A stretch of 64,000 bases of DNA from the human T2T-CHM13v2.0 reference genome, Homo sapiens, in assembly GCF_009914755.1 (NCBI RefSeq), contig NC_060925.1; one strand, written 5' to 3'. The notes beneath the pieces are model-generated. The model made no database searches. It was not told the origin of the DNA and saw only the letters and a list, made by a program, of their open reading frames with translations. Positions 10,676-26,200 of the stretch are shown here, one piece after another (the first letter of the stretch is position 1; each line of letters begins with the position of its first letter). The position numbers were made by a program, and so were the translations under genes.

Positions 10676-13600
10676 TGAAGCCAGGTATTCTACACATATT
10701 CCCAAATGTGATATTCCAGTCAAAGCCTTAAAATAATAAAGCAAATGTTTCCAATTGTATATTGTTATAAAAAGAGAGTTTTTTTAGACTTATGGGAAAA
10801 ACATATTGCTATAAGAATACTCATCAATAGTTTCCAAATTTTGATGAACTCAAGTAGATAGAAAAAGCAAATGCTTTCATTTTTGTTCACAAAAGTATGC
10901 TTTTTACCAAGTTGTTGTAAATTGTCGTTTCAGAGAGAAAATTTTCATAAAAGTGGAAAATAAAACATTTAAGTAAATAACCAACAATGTTTTAAATAAA
11001 AGTCATAAAAACATATTTATCGGTTGCTTAATCTCTTGTAATTAACTTTTGCTCAGCTTGATCTTGATTAGTCATTTCATGAACCCATAAGTTACTTCAT
11101 TAGAGTTTTGAAAAAATCTTATTTAGTCCATTAATCTTAAAGTTATCAAAAAACTATATTTAAGAGTACTTGCTAGAGGCTTTTCCACGAAAAGCAATTT
11201 TGGATAATAGCTGATTGCAAGTACTTTTCAAGAAAAATCAAAACAATAACTATGGATGACAAAAACTTAGGATGCCCATGATTAAGTTATGATGAAAGCT
11301 CATTACAGTCAGCAATTGACAAAGAAATGTAGTTACTTTTGTGGCATACAACATAATACCCAGAATTATAACCAATGATATATTTCTAAGAGTTTTAAAC
11401 AATTTTGGAACATTCATATCAAAAACACACCCATAAATGTAACTGAAAGAAGATCTAGAGTCACTTATTTGACAAGTTTCCCATACAATTTACCAAATAA
11501 TCCTAAAAATTCAATACCTCTAAAAGATAAGAGAGGCATTCTTTGAGGCACTTTAGGAGGCCAGCTAGAAAATCCAAAAGTTAATTCTAGGTCAAAAAAT
11601 CTTAATTTAGAATTTTGATCTTGGGGAAGCCTACCAAAGGTGTCAAAAGATACAAAACACTTGATAAAAATAGGATCACAAGTCACTGTGAAATAATAAT
11701 CATTCATTAAACCAGAGTGTTAATCAAAAAGCTTTAGAATCTATTCAGGAAGTTGCATAGACTTAAAAAACCTTAACACTTTCAAACCTCAGTTATATAT
11801 TGATAAAACATAAATTCCTTTTATCTTAGGGGCAAGTTATTTAAAAGAGTTTAAAAAGACCTCTTCCAGTGTGATCGTTTCTCCTTATGGAAAGCCCATT
11901 TAAATATCCTGGATGTTGAATCTGATTTTTTTTTAAGTACTTGAATTTAATCAGACACATGAAGAATGTGTGCCCAAGGTTATAAGTGTACACAGTACTA
12001 TAAAGGAATGTAAACAAGAAAACTACTCACCCAAGCAGGGGAATACATGGCTCTTAGTAAAGGTAAGAGCATGTGAAGTTTCCTGGTTACATGGAAAAAT
12101 TCAGACATATTAAAAAAAAACCAAGAGTACAGAATCAAGTTATATCAGAGGAAAACATTGCTTTTCTAGGTGTTTCAAGACACAAAGTTTCAGGGTCAAG
12201 TCATAACAGCAAAGTTGGAACCAGAGAAAAAAGTTACAGTAGCTGATTAAAAAGTTGGAGAAAGTTATCACCCTAAACCGTCTTAAGGGAGAAAGAGCTG
12301 ATGGTAATGATTCGTGACCTACAAATCAGGGGCTATGAGATAGAGCAAAAGTTGAGCTTCTGAGATATGAATCTCAGTAGACTTAAAAGAAAAACTTTAT
12401 CTCAAGAAATGAAATTACTATTTTGAAAGAAAAGACAGCATTTGTAACCTAAAACTAGAGAAATTATATGGAAACTAAAATAGAAGAAAGCCACAATTTG
12501 GAAGTTGAGTGTTAAAGGAATAGATTTCAGAATTAAAAATGTAAAACCTCTTGCAATTTTTGTTAAAAGCAGACAAATATTTCAAGAAAACCTTGTTGTT
12601 CTAATACAGGGAGTCAAATTTTTAGGTTTGTATTGGCATATTTTTAATATCAAAGCTCAATCTTTAGAAAGGCTCATAAATAATTTCCCTCTAATTATTG
12701 CCAACCTGATTATACGCTAAATTCCTCTTGTAAATTCATCCTTCATGAACCTTATTATAACTTACACAGACAATTGATTACATGCTTAAACTTTCTGCTT
12801 TGTCCTATACATCCCCTTTTTAAAATAACCAGTCATTTTACTTTAGGAAAAGAATTTACCACACAATATTCTTTCTTATACAAAATTATTCTCTTTTCTT
12901 TTTGACCCTCCTGACCAAAAATACATCTTCATATGCATAACTTTCTTTACCTCTCCCTCCTACTTACTGGTTCCTTTCTATTCTTGTTTCCATTTAATTC
13001 CTAAAATCCATATTTTGAAACAAACTAAATAACCCTTGAATTAGACAAAATTATTGTTTTTTCAAAATAAAGAACACATTTTAATGCATTTTTATAATTT
13101 TCAAATTAAAAACATCTTTTGATACATTTTGTATACAGAATTACATACATGAATCAGAAATGTAACTCATAGTAACCTTAATTTTCAGTGAAAACCTACA
13201 AAGCTAAAGGTTTTGAATTGTCTGTAACAATAACCACTTTATTCTTTAAAAAATGTTTTCCTGTAACATAATTGTAATGTACATTAATAGACCCAAATGT
13301 ATTTACTTTTGTTATACAATTTGTGAAGCCAAAACAAAGACATATTTATGCTCAGCATTTTATTTCAGTTCTTTTCTTATTTGGAAATGACCCAGACACT
13401 TAATGAATATTTATTCTTTAATTTAAAATAAAGTAACTTTAAGGTTTTTAATTACACAAAAATTTCATTTATAAACATCCCATTTACATTTACATAATTT
13501 ATTTATTTTTAACAGTTACACTTGGAGTATTTATTAAAACTGAGATATTAGACAAAGACAGTCATCATTTCAAGCTATTTCCCTGGTAACCATTTTTACA

Positions 13601-13856
13601 TCCTGTGACTAACAGGTGTTACCTAAGTAGGACTCTTAAAATTAAATATATAAATATCTTGCTGATAATTTAGAAGCTACAGCTGTTTTCATTAAACTAA
13701 TAATATTACATTAATGTTACTCTTCAAAGAATTGCACAAAGAAAGATTATTCTATTTTAGGCTGAGTTTGTAGTTTTATAACCTTTGGATCAAACCCTGA
13801 CATCTTAAAGCCTTGGAAACACCTTAGAGACAAAGATAAAACGGTCTGACCTCTAA

Positions 13857-14180
<324 letters not shown>

Positions 14181-15127
14181 ATATGCTGATACTTTTTAAG
14201 ACATTTCTATTTTTATTTTACCAATAATTTTTAAATCAACTCAAAAATTACTTCAATTAAATGCACTAAAATAAATTTCAGTTAATTAGTATATAGTTGA
14301 TATGAGCATTTAAGCCAATCTGAATAGAATTTATTAAATGGTTTCCGATGGATGACACCACATTTCCTCAACATGTTATCATACTTTGGCTCTAGAATCT
14401 GACTTCTTGGAGTCAAGTCTTAGCTCTACCTCTTAAGAGGTGTGTGACCTTGGGCAGTTATACTGTCATTATAAGCCACTTATCCATCCTGGCGGGGAAC
14501 AGGCTCTCTCTCACCTCTGCCCCATGCACGTGCTATGGTTGTACCTGGAGCAGCACCCTGTCCCCTCCCTCATCTCACACTCACTTGTCCTTCAGGCCTC
14601 TGTTTGGACCCTATCTCTGCTAGGAACCCATCTGGATCCTCCAAGACAAGGCCAGTTGCCTTTCCTCTGTGCTCCAACAAACACTCAGGTTGTGTCCTCT
14701 CACAGCTCTCCCTGGCTGCAAAATATGTCCATTTAAAATGATTCATCAATTACAAATGGTGCCAGGACTTTCACGGTGTGAATGAAGCAAGGCGCTGACC
14801 TTTCAAAGCACCCATTCTAGTCTGTTGTAATCAGCTACTCCAAGGTCTGCTTTCCCTCTAAACTTTGTTCTTAGTGGCTGGAGGTACAAGGCTCGGGGTC
14901 GTCTGCCTCCCTGGGATACAGCACTGAGGCTAGTACAGAGCAGGAGCATCACTGTTGAATGAAGGAAGCTTGGTCTGAACCATTTCCTGGGACCCCTCAC
15001 TCTATTGGCACATTCTACCTGTAAGCAATGTAGGAGACGATCTAAGAGAAACTGAGACCCAGAAAGGCAAAGTGACTTGCTCAAGGCCAGGCAGCAAAGT
15101 ATTGACCCAGCTCGAACAGGAACACAG

Positions 15128-15558
15128 GGTACCTAGATTGAATAGTGGTTTCCCAAAAGAGAACCTCAATATCCAATCTTATTTGGAAGAAGGGTCTTTG
15201 CAGATATAATTAAAATGAAGATTTCAAGGTGAGATTTTCCTGGCTTAGAGCTTAGAGGGGCCCCTAAATCAAATGATAAGTGTGCATAGAAGAGACAGAA
15301 AAGAAGACACACATAGAGAAGATGGTGCTGTGAGGGTGGGGCAAAGACGGGAAGGATGCCTCTTGAATCCAAGGGACACCAAGGATTGCAGGCAGCCCCC
15401 AGAAGGTGAGCGAGACCTCATAGCCACCAGAGGGAACCAAGCCTGCCCACACATCGATTTCAGACGTTAGCCTCCAGAACTGTGAGACAAAGCATGCCTG
15501 TTGTTTGCAGCCCCCAGTTTGTGTGAATTTGTTACCGCAGCCCTAGGAAGTGAAGGCA
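15128..15558 (+). mobile_element. MLT1C-like MaLR solo LTR
   Basis: 'cttatttggaagaagggtctttgcagatataattaa...cctccagaactgtgagaca...gttaccgcagccctaggaa'. Confidence 0.8.
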
Positions 15559-16649
15559 AGCCTCTCCCAGCTCCTGGGAGTGTCCATCCCTGCCGCAACA
15601 CACTCCAGCCTCAGGCAGCAGCAAGCTTGTCAGATCAGGAAGACAATTTATTTTCCTCTAAAAGATAGTGACTGTAGGAGATAGCCAAATGTTTATAAAT
15701 GTGTTAAAACCACATTATCAGCACATCAAGTGCAGAACTGTTCTGCGAATGCATCCATGACGGAGCAGGCTCAACAGGCCCCGCTAAACCAAGTGGGAAA
15801 TCCTGTGTGGGAGGGCAGATGGACCCCAGAAAGTGAGTTTCAGATGCCCTCGCTATTCCAACTTACTAACCATCAGAGCAGAAGACAAAATCTACATTGT
15901 CTCATACACTCATCAAACCAGCATCTTTCACAGAAAATCTCAAACTACTTTTACTCTAAGGGGAAAAACTGGCAACTTCTCATGTAGAATATGGCACATC
16001 CTGACGTAGAGGAAAAAATGTTATAAAATGCAAAAGGGAAGGTAAATACAGTTTGTGTCTGATACAGGGATAGTAAAGTTATCAATTCATTTTATTTAAT
16101 CCACACACAAACCATGTGGAGCAGGGATTATAATGCCCAAAGCTCTGTGCCTATTCATAGCTCTGTGACTGCTCCAAAAAATATCTGCTGAATGAACTCC
16201 CATTTTACAGATGGGGAAAGCAAAGTTTAGAGCAGTTAGATGGCTACACCCAGGTCTATTGTCAAAGCACCTCTGACTTCTAGGTCAGACAGCCAGAACG
16301 TAATCCCATCTCTGCCACTTCATGGAGGGTGGTTCTGGGCGAGTTGGCTTGTTGTGCTGAGTATCAGTTTTCCCATCTGCACACGAGAACAATAGCATCT
16401 GCCTACAGGATTGTTTTAGGATTAAATGCAGTGACTTGTGTTAGAGCCCCCAACACTGTCCTGACACAGAGAAGGGTCTCAGTGGGGAGATTGTTAGTCC
16501 TTGGTACAACCATAATTTGAACCCAGGTTGGTCTGAGGCAGTGTTGGGCCTGTCTAGCACAGATTAGCCACATGTGCCTAAAGCCCCAGATATGTGGGCC
16601 CAGCCTACCTGGCTGCCTCCTAAGGGCTTGCTCTTCCCCACTCGCATTT

Positions 16650-17753
<1,104 letters not shown>

Positions 17754-18445
17754 TGTGCCAGGGATCAAAATATTGTCTCTCAGCTCCAAATTCTCCCTTT
17801 TTGCTTTGTATATTGATACTGGAGCTGGACCCTGTAAGCATTTCTCCTTCAGCACAATATTATTCTTTCTCAACATATGGCACTTGGGGCAGGGGGAATG
17901 CTATGCTGTAGCAAAGGAAGGGGCTCCTCTTCCTGGTTATGTTGTTATCTCTCCACCTTCTATAAGGCTGTCAGCAGTATGTGAGATGATCAGTGGTGTC
18001 CACCCAATATTTCTGCCACCCCAGTGGACCACTTCCTATAAACCACCTCTGGTGTCCTACACCCTCTAGTAAGTGTCTCATCCAACTGGCTGGCTGGTCC
18101 TACTGACCACCTCTGAACTGCACCTTCCATCACGTTCTGAAGCCACCGGCATGCTACATGTTCCTGTGGAGCAACAACCTCTCCAACGGGACACAAACCT
18201 CAGCCTTGGTGGTGGTGATGGGGGCCTCCTCTGAGTTCTTAGTTCTTTCTTTCCTTGTTCTCTCTCCCTCAGCATAGAGGTAGTAGCTGTTTTGTGCATT
18301 TGCTATTCCTGTATTCCAGAGGGTCCTCCTTGACTCCTGTTGGTCGTTAACCATCTTTTGCAAGTTAATCATTCTTTACACTAAATTTTCCCTGTTCCGG
18401 TTACTGGTGGGGTTTCTGTCTTCTGACTCGACCCTGGCTAATTCA
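17754..18445 (+). mobile_element. LTR41-like ERVL LTR (3' LTR of the preceding internal remnant)
   Basis: TG...CA ends; 'aaatattgtctctcagctccaaa' near start, 'ttccctgttc...ggtttctgtcttctgactcgaccctggctaattca' at end. Confidence 0.65.
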
Positions 18446-18784
18446 TAGGGTGATTCAGGCAAGCAATGGGGGAATGACAGTGGCAGGACAGATTTTGATC
18501 TTGGACAGACTGAGGCCACTTATTCAGTCCACACAGTTTATGGGGGCATCTCCTTGGTGCCCCCACTGTCCTGGGATTTGGGACCCAGGGGTGAACCAGG
18601 ACAATAGTATCCCTGCTGCTGTGGAGCTCACAGTACAGCTGAGTGTAGGGCCTGCTTCTCTGTTGATTATCTGTGTGGCCTTGAGGTGACACTTCATCTC
18701 TGGAGAGTTTGAGTGTCCTCGTCTGAAAAATGTGAACAATAAGAGTAATAGAGTTGTGAGAAATTAAATGAAAAAAAGCCTACC

Positions 18785-19148
18785 TAGATGCCCTTCAAAT
18801 TACAATGAGTTTACATCCCAAAAACCCATTGTAAATTGAAAATATTCTAAGTTGAAAATGCATTTAATACACCTAACCTACCGAATGTCATAGCTTAGCC
18901 TCACCTGCCTTAAACGTGCCCAGAATGCTTTCGTTAGCCTACAGGTGGACAAAATCAACTAACACAAAGTCTATTTTATTATAATAAAGTGTTGAATATC
19001 TCATGTAATTTATTGAATACTGTACTAAAAATAAATGACAAAATAGTTACATGGGTACTTGAAGTGTGAGTTTTACTGAATGTGTATCATCGTGACATCA
19101 TGAAATCACAAACCATAAATGGAACCATTATAAGTCAGGAACCATCTG
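18785..19148 (+). mobile_element. MER47A (TcMar-Tigger MITE)
   Basis: Terminal inverted repeats 'agatgcccttcaaattacaatg'...'cattataagtcaggaaccatctg' followed by TA; internal 'gcatttaatacacctaacctaccgaa'. Confidence 0.85.
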
Positions 19149-19569
19149 TAAATGGACAGAAAACTGGTCCAGAGTGATTAAGGTCACCCTTAGTAAATTT
19201 GTGGCAGACTCGGTTTTAGAATTCAAATATTCTAACGCCCAGCCAAGCACCCTTTCCACCACTGGTGTCTGTAGGTTTGGACTCTGGCTCTGCCCCCGCA
19301 GACTGTCCTGGCATGGGTGGAAGGAGAGGGCTGCAGTGGACTTGACCCTGCCTGAGTCAGGCGGAGCTGTTTCCTGAGTATGACCAGAGTGGGGGGCGCT
19401 GATGCTGTTGCCACTGGGAGCCATTAAACAGGTGCCAGTTAGACCACAGGGGCCCCTTCTCTCCCAGCTGCCTGGGTTGCTGGCTGTGCAGCATTTCATC
19501 TTAGAGATGCTGAGAGCATCCCCAATTGGGAGAGCTCAGTGGGGGTGGACCTTTGGATGCCGGCTGTGG

Positions 19570-20020
19570 TAGCAGCCCCTCCCCCTCCCTCTTTCCCACA
19601 GTCTTTTTCTCCCACCCCTACTCCTCCTATGTCCATCATTTTCTCTTGGTCCTCTCACTGCTATTCCTGGCCCCTTTCTCTCCTTCCTCATTTTCACCTT
19701 CTCTATCTCCTTCTCTCCTCTCTTCTTCCCTCTTCCTCCTCTCCCTGTCCTTCCCCCTTCTTCCCCTTCTTCACTCCTTCCTCATTTTCACCTTCTCTAT
19801 CTCCTTCTCTCCTCTCTTCTTCCCTCTTCCTCCTCTCCCTGTCCTTCCACCTTCTTCCCCTTCTTCACTCCTTCTTTTCCATCACTTCTTCTCCTCCTCC
19901 TCCCACCCTCTTTTCTCTTCTCTAGTTCTCCTCCTGTCTTTTCCTTCTTCCCTTTCTCCCACCTCCATCTTCTTTCCTTTAGTCCATCTTTCCTCTCTTT
20001 CCTCTTTCTGTTCCCTCCAG
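19570..20020. repeat. CT-rich polypyrimidine tract containing a 94-bp tandem duplication (19681-19774, 19775-19868)
   Basis: Directly visible; the two units are nearly identical. Confidence 0.9.
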
Positions 20021-20444
20021 GGAGTCCCTCTGGCCACTCTGGAGAGATGACCCTTATCTCCAGCCTGCAGACCTCTCAAGTTGCACTGAGGCTCTTTGCT
20101 AAAAACTTCTGCCACTGGGCTTGCTGCCAGAAAAAAATGACACTCCATCTCTCCCTTCTAATTAGCTACTGCCTTCGGCTGTTTGGACGGGGCCTGTGCA
20201 ACACACTTTGTTTCTGAACAGAACAACTCAACTTAAGGTCATCCATCAGTCCAGCAAGGCAGAGTCTATCTCAGCAGCACACTCAGCTCTGCACCCTGGC
20301 ATCTGCTGCTTCCTGGAGAAGGACCACCAGCCTTGGGCTTCTCCTGCAGAGGGTGGATGTGTCCTCAAGTTACAGAGCAGTTGACAGAGGGGGAATGCTG
20401 AGCCTCTTGAAGTTGGCCCCAGCCTGCCTGCCCTGGCCTGGACA

Positions 20445-20680
20445 CAGTGCTGTGGTTATGTAGAGTGGGCACGGGCTTCGGTCTGCAGATCTGGGTTCAA
20501 ATTATGCCTTTATTACATCCTTGACCAACATCTTTGAGCCTCACTTCCCTTGCCTGTAAAACGGGGGAAAAATTACCTGGCTTAGGGGGCAATTGTGAGG
20601 ATAAAAAGAGATGATATATGAAAAGCACCTTGTGCCATCTGTGGCATCTGGTAAGAGCTCAACAAATGGTACTTTCTTAT
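20445..20680 (+). mobile_element. MIR SINE
   Basis: 'ctgggttcaaat...tgagcctcacttcccttgcctgtaaaacggggg...gtgaggataaaaagag'. Confidence 0.75.
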
Positions 20681-21669
20681 TCTTCCTCCCCATCATCTAA
20701 ACTTTCAATGCAAACTATATTCAAACCAAAGGAATGTGCTCACCATGCATGTATTTTCTGGCTGAAATGTCTTGATCTTTCTTCTCAGAACTCTTAGTCA
20801 TGCTTCAAAACCCATCCCCAAATGTCACAGCTCCCGTAAGACTTTCTCCGACCACTTAAACCCTCCCCTTCTCTGGTGGAATTAGTCTCCCCTTCATACT
20901 GCTGCCATCTTACTCAAGGTTCTTTGGTGTCAAGAGCCGGCTCCAATGCATAGGTATTTAATAATGTTTGCTGCTACTTCTGATGGAAACAGAACACAAG
21001 TGGACCTCATGGGTACCAAGCGTGGGAAGCCAAAGGAATTGAGACAGTGTCTCTCTCCTTCTTCCCCTCTCCCTTGTGGTCATATAGAGCCTTGTCTCTG
21101 CTTCTCACAACAGATTTTCTATGTCATTGTGCATATGGTTGAAAATGGTGGCCACAGTCCCACTACACATACCCTTTTGGTATGGCTAAAATGAAATGCA
21201 GCTGTAGAGATGCCCAGAGGTCCACTCCTGGGCCAGCCAGTGTGGCCAAAGGGGGAGCACCACATAACCAGTAAGCAATGGCAACACCGTCAACAAAGGG
21301 TGTGTAGGAGCAGTGCTCAGAGAAGGGGCGGGCCCATGCTCCATCACGCCCGCCAGACTTCCCCGGGAGCTCTGAGCATGCTGCTTTCACAGCCTCAGCA
21401 TGTAGCATGAGGCTCAGGTTCACTGTCTGTCTGTCTGCTTTTCTCACCAGAGAGTGAGCTCCTCTTTAATGCTCCAGCTTGTTCCACAAGCTGGGACAGA
21501 GCAGATGTCAACACTGCGTGGAATGACTGCAGGAAAGGAGTGATGATGATTAAAAAGCAAGGGTTGTTCTCCATGATGCTGCCCTCTCTATTAGAATATT
21601 GCTACAAACTCCTTATATCTATATTTCCATTATCTGAAGATAATTATCATTCCTGCTTCATCTAAGTCT

Positions 21670-21910
21670 ATATCCACTCACCCCCCCATCCATCCACCCC
21701 CTATTTATTCATCCATTCATCCATTCCTTTTCCATTTTTCTTCTCACATATTTCCACAATTTTTCTCTCCTCCAACCCTCTAACCATTTATTCACCCATT
21801 TACCCAACCATCCATCCATCTCACCCATCCCATCTATCCATTCATTCATCTGTTACATCCATCCATCCATCCATCCATCTATCCATTCACCCACCCACCC
21901 ATCCATCATG
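21670..21910. repeat. (CCAT)n-type degenerate microsatellite
   Basis: Repeated catc/ccat units. Confidence 0.85.
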
Positions 21911-22869
21911 TTTCTTTGGCTTTTGTCCCATCTATGTATGCCTGAAAAAATCGAAGTCTCCAGCAAAGCATCCTCAGCTTCTCTGGAGAATATTTCACAT
22001 GCTTCCTGACAGGACTGGTCAACTTTCCAATGAGCTATCCAGTAGAATCTACCATTTACTTCCAGTTTTCCTACCCACCAGTACTGAAACATACACACAG
22101 GCACACACCCCCCTCTGCCAGCGATCACTGCTTCTACTGGTTGCTGCAAGTTTGCCAAGCTCCTGCTGGACACCACAGCAGCCTCTTTGTCCCCTATCCC
22201 TGCACTGAAGCCCCTGAGGAAGCTTCATAGCATTCCATGGCAATGTGGGGTCCCAAAGAAATTATAATTTGTGGTTGTAGTTGTTTTGTGGAAATTATTT
22301 TGCAGGTGACAGATATCAGGACAAAAGGCAGGGATGGGGTGGATTGAGGAACAGAGACATCTTGAGGGTCTGGGGTATAGTAGGCACAAAATAAACGTCA
22401 GTTGCATGAAGTCATGAATGAGTGGGGAGCTTAGGTCATTCTACACACCAGAAATAGATGTACCTGTACTGCAGGCTAAATTCATCCACATTGGCATCTC
22501 CTGGAGGGCATTGTCCTGCCCTTGCTTTCTTCCCACCTGCGGAGAGACAGGGAGGGGTGGGTGTCTATTTTTATACCTCAGAAGCTGCAGAGGAGCAGAA
22601 GAGCAGTCTGCCAGCAGCCAGCACCTAGGCAGTCAGGCAGCTGATTGGGGCAGAGGGGATAATGGAGGCTGCCACCTCTGTCTCCGACACTGCCCAGAAA
22701 ATGTCTGTTAGCAGAATGGTGGATGGCATCCTCAGCTGCCGTCACTCAACCCAGAGATCAAATTTACAGAGGACACAGCACAATATAAGCCACCACCAGT
22801 CCCATATGCATATATACGCACACAAACATAAGTAGCCCAGCCACAGAAATCCCTATAATTAGTTAATTC

Positions 22870-23290
22870 TCCACTTAGGAGACAAAGCTTGAAATTGCCA
22901 GAGATGTTCTTTCCCAGCCTCCTTTAGAGCTTGGGTGAAGTCACATGACGAGGCTTCTCCAATCAGATCGCCCCACCTCCCAGTATAGACTTTGGGCCAG
23001 AAGTCCAGTGGGAAGTGGTTTTCCTTGCTGAGCCTATTCTGGCAATGGAGCTGATGATGGCAGCTGAGGCTGGCACATGTCCAACCACAGTCCATGGGAA
23101 ACAAGATGGCAGGGGTTCACCTGTAGCCTGCAGGGTCAGTGGTGGTAGTGAAGGTGGTGCAAGCTGTTGGGGGCAGAACTTGGTAGAGGAGGTCAAGATG
23201 CTGTTGCCTGTGGGTTGATTTGGGGCATCTGTGCTGATGCCACAACCCCTGAGCCTGGCTCTCTAGCCCTCCCAGTGATTCTGTACCTCT
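22870..23290 (+). mobile_element. LTR33-like ERVL LTR fragment
   Basis: 'ttcccagcctccttt...cacatgac...ccaatcaga...agactttg' and 'gagcctggctctctagccctcccagtgattctgt'. Confidence 0.55.
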
Positions 23291-26200
23291 CTGTGTCTCT
23301 GCTCATCTAGAAAATAGTGGTGACAGCAGCACCTACTTTCCAGGATTGCTAGAAGGCTTATTACAGGTGTTCATATAATAATGTCCTGTCTCAAACCCAT
23401 GTTGTATGACTCGATACCCTGCAAGGTGGCCCTTCAGGAATGTGTCTGTCATTCCCATTGGTGGCCCACGGAGCACTCCAGTATTATTGCTCTTCCAGTT
23501 TCTGAGCCCTCTGAACATACTCCACACTATGCCTTTCACTGGCCCAAGTCCTCTTGTCCCTTGAGGCCACTCCTGTCCACCAGCGTCACACCATTCCCAC
23601 AGTGTCTGTCCTGCCCTAGTCTGTCACCTGTACCATCACAGGCCTCTTAACTGATTGATTTGCTGCCAGAGCCTCCTCCTGCAACATTTTACCTTCCCAC
23701 ACTTTTGCAGCCCTGAGCACATCGTCCTGCTGAAACTGGAATGGGCCTGTAGGATAACGAGCAAACCCTGCACCCGGCATTCAAGGCCCCTCCTGCTCTG
23801 ACCCCTGTGGCTTCTGGCCTCCTGTACTGCTTCCCCTCCCAGACACCAACACCGCAGTCTCCCTTGAACCTGCCCTTCAGCCGTTGGTGTCCTTCCCCAT
23901 CTCTGCCTGGTGAATTTTGTTCATGCTCTAGGATTCAGCTCAGAGGTGACCCTCAGAGCTGACCTTGACCTCCATCCCACAACCCCATAGCATAGGGTGT
24001 CCACTGTTCTTAACAACAACCTTTACCTGTGATGGTCCATGGAGTCCCCATGTGTGAGCCCCTGAGAGCAGAGCTGGACCGTTCTCTTCTGAATACCCTC
24101 ATAGCCTCCCAGCTAGGGGTCCGCAGAGAAAGACCCAACCCCCAACTCCACTTCAGGTGTGGAATCTCAAAGGCATCACAGACTGGACGTGCACAGGTCC
24201 AGACTCATGAGCTCCATGCTCCCCAGAAATGAGCCTTCTCTGGGTCCCTTCTTCCCATGTCTGGTGCCACCATCCATACAGTCACCCCAGCCAGGAGACT
24301 TCTTTCCATCTCTGAGCTGATCTTTCTTTCTGGAACATTTTCCTCCCTTTGATACCTCCTCTGCTGTCTCACCCAACCTCACATTCAGTCCTGCCCATGC
24401 ACTCCTCATGTCTCGGAATCTGTCCTGTCCTCTCCATTACTGGTACCTCTGGTCTGGCCACTGCCTTGGCCCCCACCTGGCCCTGCCCTCCCCACCTGCT
24501 GTCTACCCCTGCCAATTTCCCACAGCAGCCAGAGGGACAGTGTGGAAACACCACCCTGCCACTCTGCCCCTGCTCCCAGTACAATCCAGAAGCCTTAGTG
24601 TGACCTGGACACCCTGGGGCACCTGCTTCCCCACACCCTCCCTCCCCACTCACGCCTGCGTTCTGCTTTCCAGCCATAGCAGCCACTTCTCAGCCAAGAA
24701 GGTGTCAGGGGTTCCTCTGCCACAGGGGCACTGCAGATCTAGAATTTTCTTTCTCACCCCTGCAGATAGTAAATGTCTAATTACTGCAGATTTTGGTTGA
24801 CCTGTCATCTTCCTGGGGAGGACTCCTGCCCCAGGGCTAGGCCCAGATCCTTTGCAATAGGCACCCCTAGGTCCCACCTTTCCTCTTCGGAGTTGATCTC
24901 TGTTTGTGATTTGAATTCAGCTCTGGGATTCTTTAATCAATGGCCTCCCCCTCCTCCACTAGACTCTAAGGTCCCTGAGGACCAGGTCTGCATCTAGTTT
25001 TCTTCACCATCGAATTATCAGTTCCCTGAGCAGGGCCTGGCATGCAGCAGGTGCTCACTAAACACCTGCTTACTGGATGCATAAAGGCGAGCTACTGTTT
25101 AGTAGGCACCTACTGTGTGCCAGCCCCTGTGCCAAGCACTTAACTGAATCAACTAATCCAACTCCCTCAAATCCCAAACTGATCCTCATTGTAGGGATGA
25201 GAAACCAAGGCTCAGTGAGGTAAGTGACTGTCCCTGACTCCCACAGCCAGCTGGTGGCAGAGCTATCTCAAACCCATGTACCTCTGGGCCTTACCACCTC
25301 ACTCCAGTGCCACTAGAATACAACCCCTCTCTTACCCCCACTGTCAGTCTGCCTCACGCTTCTCCACTCAGGCACTTGCCTCCACCATCAGATGATGAGC
25401 TCCTGAGGGTGGACACCCTAAATCATATTCCTATATCCCCCAAACCCAGGGCCTAAGGACAACCTCCCTACCAGATCAATAACGAACAAAGGAAAAGGGA
25501 AGCTGTGTGCAGCCTCGAATCCTGGTTTGTTAATACTCAGTGCAGCTCAGTGGCTGCCCAGGGATATTGGCTGCATGAAGGTCTGTAGGAGGAAGCAAGT
25601 GTAAGCAAAGAGCTCCCACGGGCTCGGTGTCCACGTTTCTAGTGGGCTGACTGGAGCCCCCGCCAGGTGAGCCGGGCTCTGGGCTGCTGTCTATGCCAGC
25701 AAGGCTGCCCAGAGGTCTCCACTCCCAATACACTGCTGCAGAGTTGCCACATGCCTTCATCTAAATGGCTCTAAAGACTCAGCAAAGGGCAGTGGAGACA
25801 CAACAGCTACGCTGTCAAATTACACAGTTAGCTCTTTAATGAGGAGCCGAGGGAGCATCTCCTTGGACTGTGGGCCTGGGACCCAAATCACAGTGATTAT
25901 GAATTACTAATCTCCTTCAAAGGCTCTCGAGTTCTTACCATACGTAGCCACGACAGATCAGAGCCTCTCAGTGCCTTTTGACAGATTCCCTCTAAATCAA
26001 TAGATGTGCAGCTGTCGGGAGGAAAACAAATCGGGGTGAGCTGGGGCTATGGGGACGGCTGGGTGCATGGAAACCAATCCATCAGGAGGCCTACATGGAT
26101 GAGGCCATCCATTCATTCTGATCAATAAACACCCTGGACTGGACAGTATTTTTGCTGCCCTCGGAGCCATGTGTGATCATCAAACCCAGATAGAGGAGTA

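Noticed and set aside
10351-10678. Alu-derived ORFs (also near 13869, 27041, 36820, 45799, 48053, 50585, 52586, 57451)
   Set aside because: Standard Alu translation artefacts
19526-20050. 174-aa hydrophobic Leu/Ser/Phe/Pro ORF resembling a membrane protein
   Set aside because: Translation of the CT-rich tract
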